Shown one piece after another: positions 48,203-59,009 of a stretch of DNA of 64,000 nucleotides; positions within the stretch are counted from its first letter, which is position 1, and every line of letters starts with the position of its first letter. A model generated the notes under the pieces. It was not told where the DNA came from. It ran no database searches and saw only the letters and a list, made by a program, of their open reading frames with translations. The DNA comes from Trueperaceae bacterium (GTDB taxonomy: Bacteria; Deinococcota; Deinococci; Deinococcales; Trueperaceae): NCBI GenBank assembly GCA_965215565.1, contig CBDCDZ010000004.1, forward strand, positions 2,464,001 through 2,528,000, given 5' to 3'. The position numbers and the translations under genes are program-made.

Positions 48203-49660
48203 ATGGCTAGAGACATCACCGCTTTCGAAATCGTCTGGCGCAACCCCTGGGTCCGCGCGATAACTTACGCCGTAGCGATTACGGCGACGATTTATCTGCT
48301 CTTCGCGTACATATTGCCGGGCGCAGCCACCGCGTTTCAAGTTGCGATCATCGGCTTTGTCATCGCGTACATTCTCAATCCGCTCGTAATGGGGCTTAAA
48401 CGCTTGCGCATCCCCCGGACCATCGCAGTCATTCTCGTTTACCTGGCGCTGCTCGCGGTGCTCGTGTTGGGCTCGGTGCTCATCACGCAAGTCGTCACCG
48501 ATATCAGCCGCTTCGCCCGCTTTATCCCGGACGCCTTGGGAAATATCACGATGCTGCTGGGGCAAGCGGCGGCGTGGTTCTCCGGGTTGAGCGAAAACGT
48601 ACCCGACTTTATCGCGAACCGCTTTGGCGACGGTGCGGCGTCTGGCGGGGCGGAGATAGGCGGCGCAGCGGACACATCTGCTGCGCCGGACGGTGCGGCG
48701 GGTGGATCAGGGGACACGTCCAATGGCGACATCGCCCAGCGCGTCGAAGAGGCGGTCCAGAACCTCTTGACGCAAGCGGCAACCTCATTGGAAGCGGGTC
48801 TCCAAGAATTTATCAGCAACAGCGGCAACATCCTCCTCTCCGGCGGCGGCACCTTTATCTCCGGGGTGACGACGGTCTTCTCCACTACCTTTCAAATCTT
48901 CTTGATCCTTTTAGCGGGCGCGTACTTTCTCTACGACTTCCCAAAAATCACCGCGAACTTCCGGCGCTACGTGCCGCTGCGCTACCGCCCCTTCTACAGC
49001 GGCGTCGCTCAAAAGGTGGACCGCACCGTCGGCGGTTACTTGCGCGGGCAGCTCATCGTCATGCTCGCTATCGGCATCTTGCTCTGGATAGGTTTAGAAC
49101 TCGTCGGCGTGCCCTCCGCACCCTCGATTAGCTTTTTGGCGGCGATTTTCAACATCATCCCCTACCTGGGACCGATCATCGGCGTCGTTCCAGCCGTGCT
49201 TCTCTCCTTTACGACGGGCGCACCCCTGACCACCGCCATCCTCGCGGTGGTCGTCTTCGTCGTCGCCAACCAGATCGAGGGTAACTTCTTGTCGCCCCTC
49301 ATCTTGTCGAAATCTACGAACTTACACCCCGTCACGGTTTTCATCGCCATCATCGCGGGCTTCGGTCTGTTCGGGCTGGTGGGCGGTCTGCTCGCCGTAC
49401 CGACGGTGGCGCTCGCAAAGGTGCTTATCGAGTCGTACCTGCTAACCCGCCCGGCTTACACGGGCGAAGGCAAAAGCGCCGAAGAGGTCGCGGGCGGGGC
49501 GGAGGATGTAGCGCTCACGAAGCGGGAGCGGCAGATAGAGGCTGTTGCAGCGTATGAGAACGAGGACGAACGAGACGAGGCAGCGCGCGAGATAGGCGCA
49601 AAGCGTGAACGTCCCTTGCCGCGCGGCGAGACCAAGCCGGGGACTGAAACAGGTGACTAG
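48203..49660 (+). CDS. AI-2E family transporter (UPF0118)
   Basis: IAYILNPLV, GGYLRGQL, NIIPYLGP, NQIEGNFLSP and LHPV motifs. Confidence 0.92.
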   Translation: MARDITAFEIVWRNPWVRAITYAVAITATIYLLFAYILPGAATAFQVAIIGFVIAYILNPLVMGLKRLRIPRTIAVILVYLALLAVLVLGSVLITQVVTDISRFARFIPDALGNITMLLGQAAAWFSGLSENVPDFIANRFGDGAASGGAEIGGAADTSAAPDGAAGGSGDTSNGDIAQRVEEAVQNLLTQAATSLEAGLQEFISNSGNILLSGGGTFISGVTTVFSTTFQIFLILLAGAYFLYDFPKITANFRRYVPLRYRPFYSGVAQKVDRTVGGYLRGQLIVMLAIGILLWIGLELVGVPSAPSISFLAAIFNIIPYLGPIIGVVPAVLLSFTTGAPLTTAILAVVVFVVANQIEGNFLSPLILSKSTNLHPVTVFIAIIAGFGLFGLVGGLLAVPTVALAKVLIESYLLTRPAYTGEGKSAEEVAGGAEDVALTKRERQIEAVAAYENEDERDEAAREIGAKRERPLPRGETKPGTETGD

Positions 49661-49950
49661 GCTCTGTTGACTTTTCAAACTATCCTCCATATTGCTGCAC
49701 GCAAGAAGTAGGAATCAAGAAGTAAGAAGACACCAAAGTACATCCGTTTACCCTGTCTGTGGGGGCAATAAGCAATTTTCTTAAAGGGCGAACGTCAACG
49801 CGACCTAGAAAGAGACGCGCCACCCAAAGACGAGCCTCCCGTTGAAAGCCGCTATACTCAAACGCTCATGATGCGCCACTACCTTAAAATACACTGAATA
49901 AGCTATGAAGCTTCTTGCTTAGCACCCTCCGCAACGCGGTAGACTAGCGT

Positions 49951-52905
49951 GTGGCGAGACGCAAAGTGAAAAAACAACCTGCATTTGACCTAGAAGCTTT
50001 GGGCTTAGTGGTCTTAGCGCTGGGCATTCTGATCATCGGTTTACTTTTACCCGTGTTGCCTACGGGCGCGTTCGGCGCAGCGGTGCGCGAGATGGTGGTG
50101 GGGCGCATCGGCTTGGCGGCGTACCTCTTGCCGTGGCCCCCACTCGTGTTGGGTGGGCTCTTTCTGCTGCGCCAGTACCCTAAAGGGCTGTGGCGGGTGC
50201 TGGCGGGTTACTTCGTCGCCGGGACGGGCGCGTGGGCGCTGCTCGCGTTGGTTCAGCCGAATTTAAGCGGCGCGTGGGGTGTGCTATTCCGGTCGCAAGT
50301 GGCGGGCGCAACGGGCATTCTGGCTTACCTCATCGCGCTTTTAGTGATGAGTTTAGGGCTCGAGCTGCTCCTCGCCCAGCCCCCCACCAGCCTCTTGCGG
50401 CGCGGCGCAACGCGCACCGCGCTCAGCATTCAGCAAGGATTTGGCGCATTGATGAGTGCGCGGCGAGCCGCCAGGGCGAAAGCCGCCTTTCACGCCGACG
50501 TTTCCCTCGTACGCCGCGACCTCAAAGCGCTCGTCAAAGATTTAATTGCCCTGGACGCGCTCTATCCCGGCAGCGCCGAACTCAAGCGGTGGCGCGCGGA
50601 GGTCAAGAAGGCGCAGAAGCGTCTCAGCGGAGCGAACGAGCAGACGCTAGGCGAGGTCAGGCTCGACGTCGAAGCCTGGCAGAGCGCGCTTCAAAGCTTC
50701 GTGCAAGACCGCGCCGCCGACTTAGGAGCGCAACTCCGCGAGGAGGGGCTCTACGACTTTGACGCGCGGCTGCGCGGCGTTAAAGTGCAACTTGACGCGC
50801 CCGTCGAGGGCAAGCTCCGCGCGGCGCGCGCTTTAGATACGGTCCGCAAAGCACTAGCCCTCGATTTGACCGCTCTAAGCGAACGCTACAACCGCTTGAC
50901 CCGCGAGCGCGACCTCGCCGAAGCGCACCTCCAAGAGGTCAGAGCGGGTGAACTCGCCGCGGTACTAGAGGCTCACGCCGCGCGGCTAGCCCAGTACAAA
51001 GAGGTGGCGCGCGCTCGAGACGCTCTGGAGGAGGACGCGGATAAGCTCGAGAGATGGCGCGACCTCATGAGCGACGTGCTGCGCGTCGCGAGCGACCACC
51101 CCGGCGAGAGCGAAGTCGCCGAATACGACGCCTCGCTCACGCAGACCTTACGTGGGGGCGGGCGCGGCGTCCTCACGGAAGAGGAGGCCGAAAGGCAGGG
51201 GGAGGCGCTAACGGAACTCGAGGCGGTTCTGCGCGCGCCCAAAGAAGTCGGAGTCGAGCATGATGCCGGGACAAATAACGCTGGGACAAATGACATTAGG
51301 GCAGATGATATCCGAACAGAAACCGAACAGCTTGAATCTTTGGGCGACACGCCGCCCTGGGAAACCTCGTCACCTGATGGGCATAGTTTCGAGTACGTAG
51401 ACACCTACGATGACGACGAGGAAGGCGACGCCGAACCCATCCCGGAGGTCGGCGGCATACCCATTCAAATCCCCCCTCATAACCTCTTGGACGCACCCGC
51501 GCAGCACCGGGACGATCCCGCCTCTCACTCGCAAGAGGTCCGCAACCGCATCAACAAAATTGACGACACGCTCAATAATTTCAAGCTACAAGGGCGCGTC
51601 GTCGCCTCGGTACGCGGTCCGACTGTGACCCGCTTCGAAGTCGAGCCCGCCCCTGGCGAGAAGATTAGCCGCTTCGCCAACCTCTCGGACGATCTGGCGC
51701 TGGCGATGGCGGTGGGCAGCGTGCGCATCGAAGCGCCGATTCCGGGCAAGAGCGTTATCGGCTTAGAGGTGCCCAACACCAACCGCGACCTCATCAAGTT
51801 TCGCGAGGCGGCCGAGTCGCCGAGTTTCAAACGGAGCAAAAAGCGCCTGCCGCTGATTCTGGGCAAGTCCATCGACGGTGAGATGACAATAGAAGACCTC
51901 GCCAAGATGCCCCACCTCTTGATTGCAGGCTCAACGGGCTCGGGCAAGTCCGTCGCGGTCAACACGCTTATCGGCTCGCTCATCTACAAATTCCTCCCTA
52001 CCGACCTCCGCTTTCTGATGATCGATCCTAAGATGGTCGAGTTGACGCCCTTCGACGGCATCCCGCACCTCTTGCGCCCCGTCGTCACCAACCCGAACGA
52101 CGCGGCGGGCGTGCTTTTAGGCGCAGTCGCCCACATGGAGCGCCGCTACAAGATGATGAGCAAGATCGGCGCGAAGACTTTAGACCAGTACAACCAGAAG
52201 GCGCGCAACCTCGACCTGCCCGAGATGCCCTTTATCGTCATCATCATCGACGAGCTGGCTGACCTCATGATCACGTCGCCCAAAGAGGTCGAGTCCGCCA
52301 TCATGCGCCTCGCGCAGATGGCGCGGGCGACGGGGATGCACCTCGTTCTGGCGACGCAACGCCCGTCGGTGGATATTTTGACCTCGTTAATCAAAGTGAA
52401 CGTGCCTGCGCGCGTGGCCTTCGCCGTATCGTCGGGACATGACTCTCGCACCATCCTCGACACGATGGGCGCGGAGCGTCTCACAGGTATGGGCGACATG
52501 CTCTTCTATCAGCCCGGACTCGTGAAGCCCGTCCGCTTGCAAGGTCCTTTTATCAGTGAAGAGGAGATCGTTACCCTGTCCAACTTCTTGCGCCGTCAAT
52601 ACTTCGACGACGAGTTCGTCGAGGCGTACGGCTCGGACTTCGACCCGCCGCCCTTAGACGACTCGAGCGCCACGGGCATGGTGGACTGGAACGACGACAA
52701 GTTGCGCGAAGCCGCCGAGTTGGTCATCAACGAGGGTCAGGCGAGCGTGTCGCGGCTGCAGCGCCGTTTGAGCGTCGGTCACGCCCGCGCGGGCAAGCTG
52801 ATGGATTCATTGGAGGCGCTAGAGGTGGTAGGTCCGCACATGGGGAGTAAGCCACGGGACGTGCTCGTCGAGTTGGAGGAGTTGCCAAATCTGTTTGGCA
52901 AATAG
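49951..52905 (+). CDS. ftsK: DNA translocase FtsK
   Basis: N-terminal TMs; [22 protein letters not shown] and ATQRPSVD motifs; gamma domain SVSRLQRRL. Confidence 0.95.
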   Translation: MARRKVKKQPAFDLEALGLVVLALGILIIGLLLPVLPTGAFGAAVREMVVGRIGLAAYLLPWPPLVLGGLFLLRQYPKGLWRVLAGYFVAGTGAWALLALVQPNLSGAWGVLFRSQVAGATGILAYLIALLVMSLGLELLLAQPPTSLLRRGATRTALSIQQGFGALMSARRAARAKAAFHADVSLVRRDLKALVKDLIALDALYPGSAELKRWRAEVKKAQKRLSGANEQTLGEVRLDVEAWQSALQSFVQDRAADLGAQLREEGLYDFDARLRGVKVQLDAPVEGKLRAARALDTVRKALALDLTALSERYNRLTRERDLAEAHLQEVRAGELAAVLEAHAARLAQYKEVARARDALEEDADKLERWRDLMSDVLRVASDHPGESEVAEYDASLTQTLRGGGRGVLTEEEAERQGEALTELEAVLRAPKEVGVEHDAGTNNAGTNDIRADDIRTETEQLESLGDTPPWETSSPDGHSFEYVDTYDDDEEGDAEPIPEVGGIPIQIPPHNLLDAPAQHRDDPASHSQEVRNRINKIDDTLNNFKLQGRVVASVRGPTVTRFEVEPAPGEKISRFANLSDDLALAMAVGSVRIEAPIPGKSVIGLEVPNTNRDLIKFREAAESPSFKRSKKRLPLILGKSIDGEMTIEDLAKMPHLLIAGSTGSGKSVAVNTLIGSLIYKFLPTDLRFLMIDPKMVELTPFDGIPHLLRPVVTNPNDAAGVLLGAVAHMERRYKMMSKIGAKTLDQYNQKARNLDLPEMPFIVIIIDELADLMITSPKEVESAIMRLAQMARATGMHLVLATQRPSVDILTSLIKVNVPARVAFAVSSGHDSRTILDTMGAERLTGMGDMLFYQPGLVKPVRLQGPFISEEEIVTLSNFLRRQYFDDEFVEAYGSDFDPPPLDDSSATGMVDWNDDKLREAAELVINEGQASVSRLQRRLSVGHARAGKLMDSLEALEVVGPHMGSKPRDVLVELEELPNLFGK

Positions 52906-52919
52906 CGCTATAATGACCC

Positions 52920-53514
52920 ATGACGGTTGAGCCAAAACCCCTCGAGATGAGCTATGAGGCGTTTCTCGAGTGGGCGGATGAGGACACGCCAGCGGAGTGG
53001 GTAGATGGTAAGGTCTTTTTGATGAGCCCCCCTCTGACCGTCATCAGGACGTCGCTGACTTTCTCACCGCGCTGATGCGTCACTTCACCGAAGAATACAG
53101 TTTAGGCAAGGTGCGTTCGGCTGCGTTTCAGATGAAGCTCGCTACGTCGGGGCGCGAACCTGACATTCTTTTCGTCTCTCAAGAAAATCTCGGTAGAATC
53201 AAAAGAACCGCCTCGTCGGTCCTGCTGACCTCGCCGTTGAAATTATCAGCCCCGAAAGCCGCAAGAGAGACCGAAAAGTGAAGTTTTTCGAATACGAACA
53301 AGCAGGCGTCAAGGAGTACTGGCTGGTTGACCCTGAACGAGAGCAAGCGGAGTTCTACCGGCTGGACGAACGCGAAAGTTATCAAGTTGTTGCGTTGAAT
53401 GAAGGCGTCTTTCGCAGTGAGGTGTTGACCGGGCTCGAGCTTGACACCGCATGGTTATGGCAAGAGCCGCTGCCGCCACTCATGTTCGTATTAAAGGCGT
53501 GGGGCTTAGTTTAG
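52920..53514 (+). pseudogene. Uma2 (DUF820) family endonuclease with three frameshifts
   Basis: MTVEPKPLEMSYEAFLEWADED..AEWVDG..MSP / SDRHQDV...REPDILFVS / GPADLAVEIISPES / KFFEYEQAGVKEYWLVDP lie in successive frames. Confidence 0.85.
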
Positions 53515-53571
53515 CCACCTCGCCGGACGCTCGAGCCGTTTCACATCGTCCTCGAGCGACGCTCATACAAG

Positions 53572-53730
53572 TAGCAGTTCCAAAACATATTGAGACGGAT
53601 AAGCGTAGATCTCTGTCCGCAAGGACTAGCGGGATTTCATCTCAGAACGCGCGTGCTATATGGTGTTCTAAAAAGTGAGAGTGTTTCTAACCAGCTCCGA
53701 ACGAAGTGAGACAGGCTTTGATACCTGCTA
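53572..53730 (+). mobile_element. MITE-like dispersed repeat (~159 bp)
   Basis: TAGCAGTTCCAAAACATATTGAGAC...CGTGCTA...AGTGAGAGTGTTTCTAACCAG...GATACCTGCTA. Confidence 0.75.
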
Positions 53731-53964
53731 AAGGAACCTAACGAGAGCGTCTGCAATGCTCTTGCAAGTTCTCATGAGAAGAATATCTGCGCCATTCCAA
53801 TTCGGCGTTTAGGTTAGTTGTTATACTCACGCGGGGGCTCATTCTATGAACCTGCTCACCACACAACGGCGCAAGAGACGCTGCAAAGTAAAGACTTGAA
53901 GACATTAGCGACGCTCGAGCAAGCCGCTCCTCTCGGCGTTGCTCGCCGCGCAAGAAGGACACAC

Positions 53965-54843
53965 ATGTACCTCGATGTAACCCACATCACCGAATACAGC
54001 TACGGCAAGCCTGCCTGGGACTCGTTCAACGAACTCTGGCTGCGCCCCGCCGACGACTTCCGCCAGACGCTCTTAGCCTTTGAACTCGCCATCAGCCCGA
54101 AAGCGCCCGTGCGCAGCCGCAAGGACTACTACGACAACCTCATCCACCACTTTCATCTACCGAACGACCACACCGAGCTGCGCATCGAGGCACATTCTCA
54201 AGTTTTGACCTACCCGACGCCTGCGCCCCTGGCGGTCTCGGCGGAGACTCTGCCCGAGTTGCGCCACCGCTTCTTTGAATACTTAGCGCCCACGAAGCGC
54301 GTGTCGATGAACCGCAACTGGCCCGGCGTCTTCGGCGCACTGCCTCTTAAAAAAGACGACAACATCGTCACCTACTTAAATAACCTCAATACCTACCTCA
54401 ACAACCACTTCATCTACAAGCCGAACGCCACGCGCGTCGACACGCCGCTCGTCGAGTTCGCCGAGAACAGCACGGGCGTCTGTCAGGACTTCGCCCACGC
54501 CATGCTCGCCCTGTGCCGCACCGCGAACATCCCCGCCCGTTACGTTTCGGGTTACATCCACAGCAACCCGAACGCGCCCGACGAAACGCTCCTCGGCGCG
54601 GCGGCGTCGCACGCCTGGATCGAGGCGTTTATACCGGGCAGCGGCTGGGTCGGCTTTGACCCCACCAACGGCTGCCAAGTGACCGAAGCGCACATCAAAA
54701 TCGGCGTCGGGCGCGACTACGACGACTTGCCACCCGTACGTGGGCTACGGCGCGGCGGCGCGAACTCGTCATTAAACGTCGAGGTGCACGTGCGCAAGTC
54801 CCAAGAGATGCAGGTGAAAGCCGAGGGGGTCTCGAGGCTGTGA
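53965..54843 (+). CDS. Transglutaminase-like family protein
   Basis: Start MYLDVTHITEYSY after an AAGGA RBS; GVCQDFAH, ARYVSGY, SHAWIE and FDPTN motifs. Confidence 0.92.
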   Translation: MYLDVTHITEYSYGKPAWDSFNELWLRPADDFRQTLLAFELAISPKAPVRSRKDYYDNLIHHFHLPNDHTELRIEAHSQVLTYPTPAPLAVSAETLPELRHRFFEYLAPTKRVSMNRNWPGVFGALPLKKDDNIVTYLNNLNTYLNNHFIYKPNATRVDTPLVEFAENSTGVCQDFAHAMLALCRTANIPARYVSGYIHSNPNAPDETLLGAAASHAWIEAFIPGSGWVGFDPTNGCQVTEAHIKIGVGRDYDDLPPVRGLRRGGANSSLNVEVHVRKSQEMQVKAEGVSRL

Positions 54844-54945
54844 CGTTTACCGGTGTACCACAGTTTGTGGTTTAGCTTCGGTGAAGCGGGTGCAACCGCT
54901 CCCCGATACAGCAGATATCCACAAACTGGGACACCTTTTTGATTT

Positions 54946-55457
54946 TCAGCCGAGCGTCTCAGCGTAACGCTCATATGCCCGCTTCACTTTGGGGTCGAAG
55001 CAGACTAAATAGATTTCAGATGGACACGTGTCGTGAGATTTGCAAAACTCGAGCACGCTGTCAATGGCGACTTTCGCAGCCTGATCAATCGGGAAGCGGT
55101 ACGCGCCGCAACTGATGGCGGGGAAGGCGATGCTACGCACGCTGTGCTGTTTTGCAAGCTCTAGAGACCTCTTATAGCACCTCGCCAAAAGCGCGTGCTC
55201 GTCATTATCGCCCCGCGCCACACCGGACCCACCGCGTGAATCACGTACTTGGCGGGCAGCTTAAACCCGTCTGTGATGACCGCCTCGCCCGCCGAGATAG
55301 GACCCAGCTTGCGGCTCGCATGGACGAGTTCTGGACCCGCCGCACGGTTGATGGCTCCGTCCACGCCGCCCCCACCGCTAAGGGCGGAATTCGCCGCGTT
55401 GACAATCGCGTCCACTTCTAACTTAGCGATGTCGTCACTCACGATCTCGAGCCTCAT
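54946..55457 (-). pseudogene. Macro domain protein (YmdB-like O-acetyl-ADP-ribose deacetylase), one frameshift
   Basis: [17 protein letters not shown] and VIHAVGPVW in one frame; SIAFPAISCGAYRFP in another; the shift falls in a G-run at ~55211-55214. Confidence 0.8.
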
Positions 55458-55466
55458 AAGGTCAGT

Positions 55467-56591
55467 TTACCGCTTCCACTCCTCGTAACGCGCCGCTACA
55501 AACCTCTCCAAGTTCTCTTTGAAATGCTCCTGATTAAAGGTGAGCGCGTGCGAGCGAATCTCGGCGGGCGCGAACCTCTCGCGATGCTCTTCAAACCGTT
55601 CAACCGCGCCAATGAGTGAAGAGGCTTCTTGCGACTCGTAAAATACACCTGTCGGAGTGTCTGTATCCAAACCCTTGACCGTCTCCAACACCCCACCCTT
55701 GCCGAACGCAATCACAGGCGTCCCGCACGCTTGCGCCTCCACGGGCACGATGCCGAAGTCCTCTTCCGCCGCGAACACAAAAGCTTTGGCGCGCTGCATG
55801 TGGTCTTTCAAAACGTCGAACGGCTGATAGCCCATGAGCGTGACGTTCAGCTCCGCAGATTTCTGAATCTTGGCAAAGTCGGGTCCGTCACCGATCACGA
55901 CGAGCCTTTTGTCCGGCATCTGCGCGAAGGCTTGGACGATGAGGTCGATTTTCTTATAGGGAACCATCCTCGAGGCGGTGAAGTAAAAGTCCTCTTTCTG
56001 CTCTCGCAATTCAAATGAAGAGGTATCGACAGGCGGGTAGATCACCTCCGCTTCGCGCCGATAGACCTTCCAGACGCGCCGCGCGATAAAGTCCGAATTG
56101 GCAACGAAGTGGTCTACCCCGTTCGGCGTGCGGCTGTCCCAGAGCCGCACACGGTGGAGCATATAACGCGCCGCCCAACCTTTGAGCCCTCTCTCCAAAT
56201 TCGCCTCCCGCAGGTATTGATGCTGCAAATCCCAGGCGTAGCGAATCGGCGAATGCACGTACGAGATGTGAAGCTGGTCGGGTCCGGTGATGACGCCTTT
56301 GGCGACGGCGTGGGAACTTGACAGCACGAGGTCATAACGTGACAGGTCAAACTGCTCCACTGCGAGGGGCATGAGCGGTAAGAACTGCCGGTAGCGCTTT
56401 TCGGCAAAGGGCAGGCGCTGGATAAAAGAGGTCTGCACAGGTTTATTCTGGATGAAGTCGCGCTCACCCTCTGGCAGAAAATCTACCAAACTAAAGAGGT
56501 CTGCGTCCGGGTAGACATGGAGCATCTGCTCCAAGACCCGCTCGGCTCCGGCGTAGGTGACGAGCCAGTCCACAACGATGGCGACTTTCAT
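55467..56591 (-). CDS. GT4 glycosyltransferase (WbaZ-like mannosyltransferase)
   Basis: DWLVTYAGAERV, SSSHAVAKG and EEDFGIVPVEAQACG motifs; ATGA overlap with the upstream gene. Confidence 0.9.
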   Translation of the reverse strand: MKVAIVVDWLVTYAGAERVLEQMLHVYPDADLFSLVDFLPEGERDFIQNKPVQTSFIQRLPFAEKRYRQFLPLMPLAVEQFDLSRYDLVLSSSHAVAKGVITGPDQLHISYVHSPIRYAWDLQHQYLREANLERGLKGWAARYMLHRVRLWDSRTPNGVDHFVANSDFIARRVWKVYRREAEVIYPPVDTSSFELREQKEDFYFTASRMVPYKKIDLIVQAFAQMPDKRLVVIGDGPDFAKIQKSAELNVTLMGYQPFDVLKDHMQRAKAFVFAAEEDFGIVPVEAQACGTPVIAFGKGGVLETVKGLDTDTPTGVFYESQEASSLIGAVERFEEHRERFAPAEIRSHALTFNQEHFKENLERFVAARYEEWKR

Positions 56592-57676
56592 GCAGGTAAC
56601 ATCCTCTCCAAAACCTCCAACGTCTTCTGCGCGCACGCTTCCCACGTAAAGCGTTTCGCACGCTCTAATCCCTTTCGTCTAAGCGACGTTCGTAACGCTT
56701 CATCCTCCATGAGCAAGACGAGCTTCTCCGCGATGTCCTCCGGGCTGTGCGGATCGCAGTAGAGCGCGGCGTCGCCGCAGGCTTCGGGCAGCGAGGCGGC
56801 GTTTGAAACCAGCGCGGGGCAGCCGCACGCCATCGCCTCCAGAGGTGGCAAGCCGAATCCTTCATAGAATGAGGGCAGCGCGAGCGCGTCCGCGTGCTTG
56901 ACGAACTGCTTCAAGAGGTCATCTCGGACGAAACCCGTAAAGTGAACCCGCGCCCCCAACGCTTCCGCCTTCGCCGCTACCGCTTCATCCGCCGTGATGA
57001 GCCCCTCGCGCCGCCCGACGATGACGAGGTCATGCGGGATTCGGTGCTGCGCAAGCTCCAGCGCTCGGATCAGCCCGCCTACATTCTTGTGCGGCTTGAC
57101 GCTGCCGACGAAGAGAATGTAGGGATTTTCGTAAGGACGCGGCGCTTTACCAACGCTGAACCAGGCTCCGTCCACCCCGATGTGGATGGGCGTCACCGCT
57201 TGCTTGCCCCGCCCCGTCAAGCGGAGGAGTTCATCTTTGCTGAACTCGGACACCGTCACGATGGCGTCCGCCTTCTGCCGCACGGCGCGAAACATTCCTC
57301 TGGCGTAGAGCTTTTTGGGCACGCTCATGTCCGACTGGACGAGGTGAAACACGTCGTGGACGGTGACGAGGAGCTTGCCACTGTATCTATTAGGGTAAAA
57401 GATGGGGACGTTGTAGTGCGGGGACCAGAAGAGGTCCGTTTCCGGGGGCGTCTTTTGAGCAAGCTCGAGCTGCTCTTTCACTGAATAAAGAGGTGAATTG
57501 CAATCCGTTATCGTGACGTTGGGGGCGTCCGTCCAGGTGAGGCTCGAGAGGTCAGCCGCAGACCCTAAGAGGTGAAACGCCAGTTCGGGTTTCGCCGCGA
57601 TCAACCTCGGCAAGAGGTTTTGGATGTAGGTGCCGATGCCCGAATTATGCAAGGCGCGAACGTCAACGGTGAGCAT
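56588..57676 (-). CDS. GT4 glycosyltransferase
   Basis: SGIGTY, VTVHD and PSFYEGFGLPPLEAMACG motifs. Confidence 0.92.
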   Translation of the reverse strand: MLTVDVRALHNSGIGTYIQNLLPRLIAAKPELAFHLLGSAADLSSLTWTDAPNVTITDCNSPLYSVKEQLELAQKTPPETDLFWSPHYNVPIFYPNRYSGKLLVTVHDVFHLVQSDMSVPKKLYARGMFRAVRQKADAIVTVSEFSKDELLRLTGRGKQAVTPIHIGVDGAWFSVGKAPRPYENPYILFVGSVKPHKNVGGLIRALELAQHRIPHDLVIVGRREGLITADEAVAAKAEALGARVHFTGFVRDDLLKQFVKHADALALPSFYEGFGLPPLEAMACGCPALVSNAASLPEACGDAALYCDPHSPEDIAEKLVLLMEDEALRTSLRRKGLERAKRFTWEACAQKTLEVLERMLPA

Positions 57677-59009
57677 CTAAATCTCTCGAGTTCGCAAATG
57701 TATTCGCCGTCGCAGAGGAATACCTCATCAGATACGTTGCCAACGCGAGCACCGGAAAGAGCCAGAACTGGTAGAAGAGCACGTTGTTGAATTGGCTCGC
57801 GAAGGCGGTAATCACGACGAGGTAGAGTAGGAAGTAGCGAAAGCAGCGTTCTACAAAAGTACGTTCTCCTAACGCTTTCTTGCGAAACCGCCGCCACAGC
57901 GTCACGCCCCACCAAAAGACCAAAGCCACGATAAAGAGCGTCCCCACCGCGCCGAAACTCACTAGAATCACCTGCAACGACGAATCTAAAGAGGTGAGCC
58001 CTCGCGCCCGCTGCGCGTAAATCAAGAGGTAGTTGTAACCCACGCCGAAAAGAGGCTGCTCGGCGAAGAGGTCAAAACCCAGCTCGAACGAACTGAAGCG
58101 AGCTTGCGCCGAGGCGTCGGTGCTCACGGCGGCGATGCGAGACCACGTGCGCGTAAGGGCGCTCAAGTAGACCGGACTCGCGAGCGCGAAGAGGAAGAGC
58201 GCCGCAGGGACGACGATGAGCAGTGAGCGCTTAACGCGCCGCTTCGTCAAAAGGTGCAGTGCGCCCGAGAGAGCGAACACGCCCACCGCAGCAGCTAGGG
58301 TAGCGATACCGCTACGAGAGCCCGTCAGCACTACCGACACCGCGAAGAGCCCCGCGAGCAGGAGGTAGCGCGTCTTCCAAACGCGCTGATACGCTAAAAC
58401 GCTTAAAGTAAAAGGAAACACCGCAATCGCCCCGTAATAGTTCGGGTCAAAGTAGGGCGAGACGAGCCGCCGCTGGTGCGGGTCACCGAAAAACTCGACG
58501 CCGAAGCCCCGTAAGAACACCCAGAGGTCACGGGAGTCTGGAAACATCACGTAGATCACAAAGGCTAGCAGCGCGACGCAGAGGTACGTGATGAGAAAAT
58601 AGTTGAGAACGCCCAAGAGGTCCTGCCGAAAGAAACTGAAGAGGTAGTAGCCAGCCGTGAGCCCCGCCGCGAGGAGGAGCAGCAGCCGCACGCTGTAGAG
58701 GAGCGCCGACGCGCTGAACCCGTTCAGCATCGCGCCGTACACCGACGACGCGGCGAGAAAGAGCGCAAAGGGCAACAGGCTCTTCAAGTTGAAGAGGAAC
58801 AGCTTACGGTGAAACATCGAGCAGCCAACCGTGAGCCCGTAGAGCCCGAACTCTCCGAGCGAGAGGTTGTCCGCTCCCGGTGAAGTGGGGATAATCCGTG
58901 TGCTATTACCTAAAACGAGGTAGAGAAACGAAAACGCCAGAAAAGCGTGCGGCAGCCGGAGCGCGTAGCCCGCCTCCGACTTGCGGAGCCCGCGAAGATA
59001 GAGCGTCAC
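57663..59009 (-). CDS. O-antigen ligase/Wzy polymerase family protein
   Basis: Multi-TM; DPNYYG, LTGSRSG and PLFGVG motifs; start inferred from the GTGA overlap at 59006-59009. Confidence 0.8.
   Translation of the reverse strand: MTLYLRGLRKSEAGYALRLPHAFLAFSFLYLVLGNSTRIIPTSPGADNLSLGEFGLYGLTVGCSMFHRKLFLFNLKSLLPFALFLAASSVYGAMLNGFSASALLYSVRLLLLLAAGLTAGYYLFSFFRQDLLGVLNYFLITYLCVALLAFVIYVMFPDSRDLWVFLRGFGVEFFGDPHQRRLVSPYFDPNYYGAIAVFPFTLSVLAYQRVWKTRYLLLAGLFAVSVVLTGSRSGIATLAAAVGVFALSGALHLLTKRRVKRSLLIVVPAALFLFALASPVYLSALTRTWSRIAAVSTDASAQARFSSFELGFDLFAEQPLFGVGYNYLLIYAQRARGLTSLDSSLQVILVSFGAVGTLFIVALVFWWGVTLWRRFRKKALGERTFVERCFRYFLLYLVVITAFASQFNNVLFYQFWLFPVLALATYLMRYSSATANTFANSRDLDAHR

Noticed and set aside
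51262..51321. Degenerate 15-bp tandem repeats in the ftsK linker ([20 protein letters not shown]); similar short duplications in the usher-like loop and the 42078 signal region
   Set aside because: In-frame slippage in low-complexity linkers; no regular repeat-spacer structure
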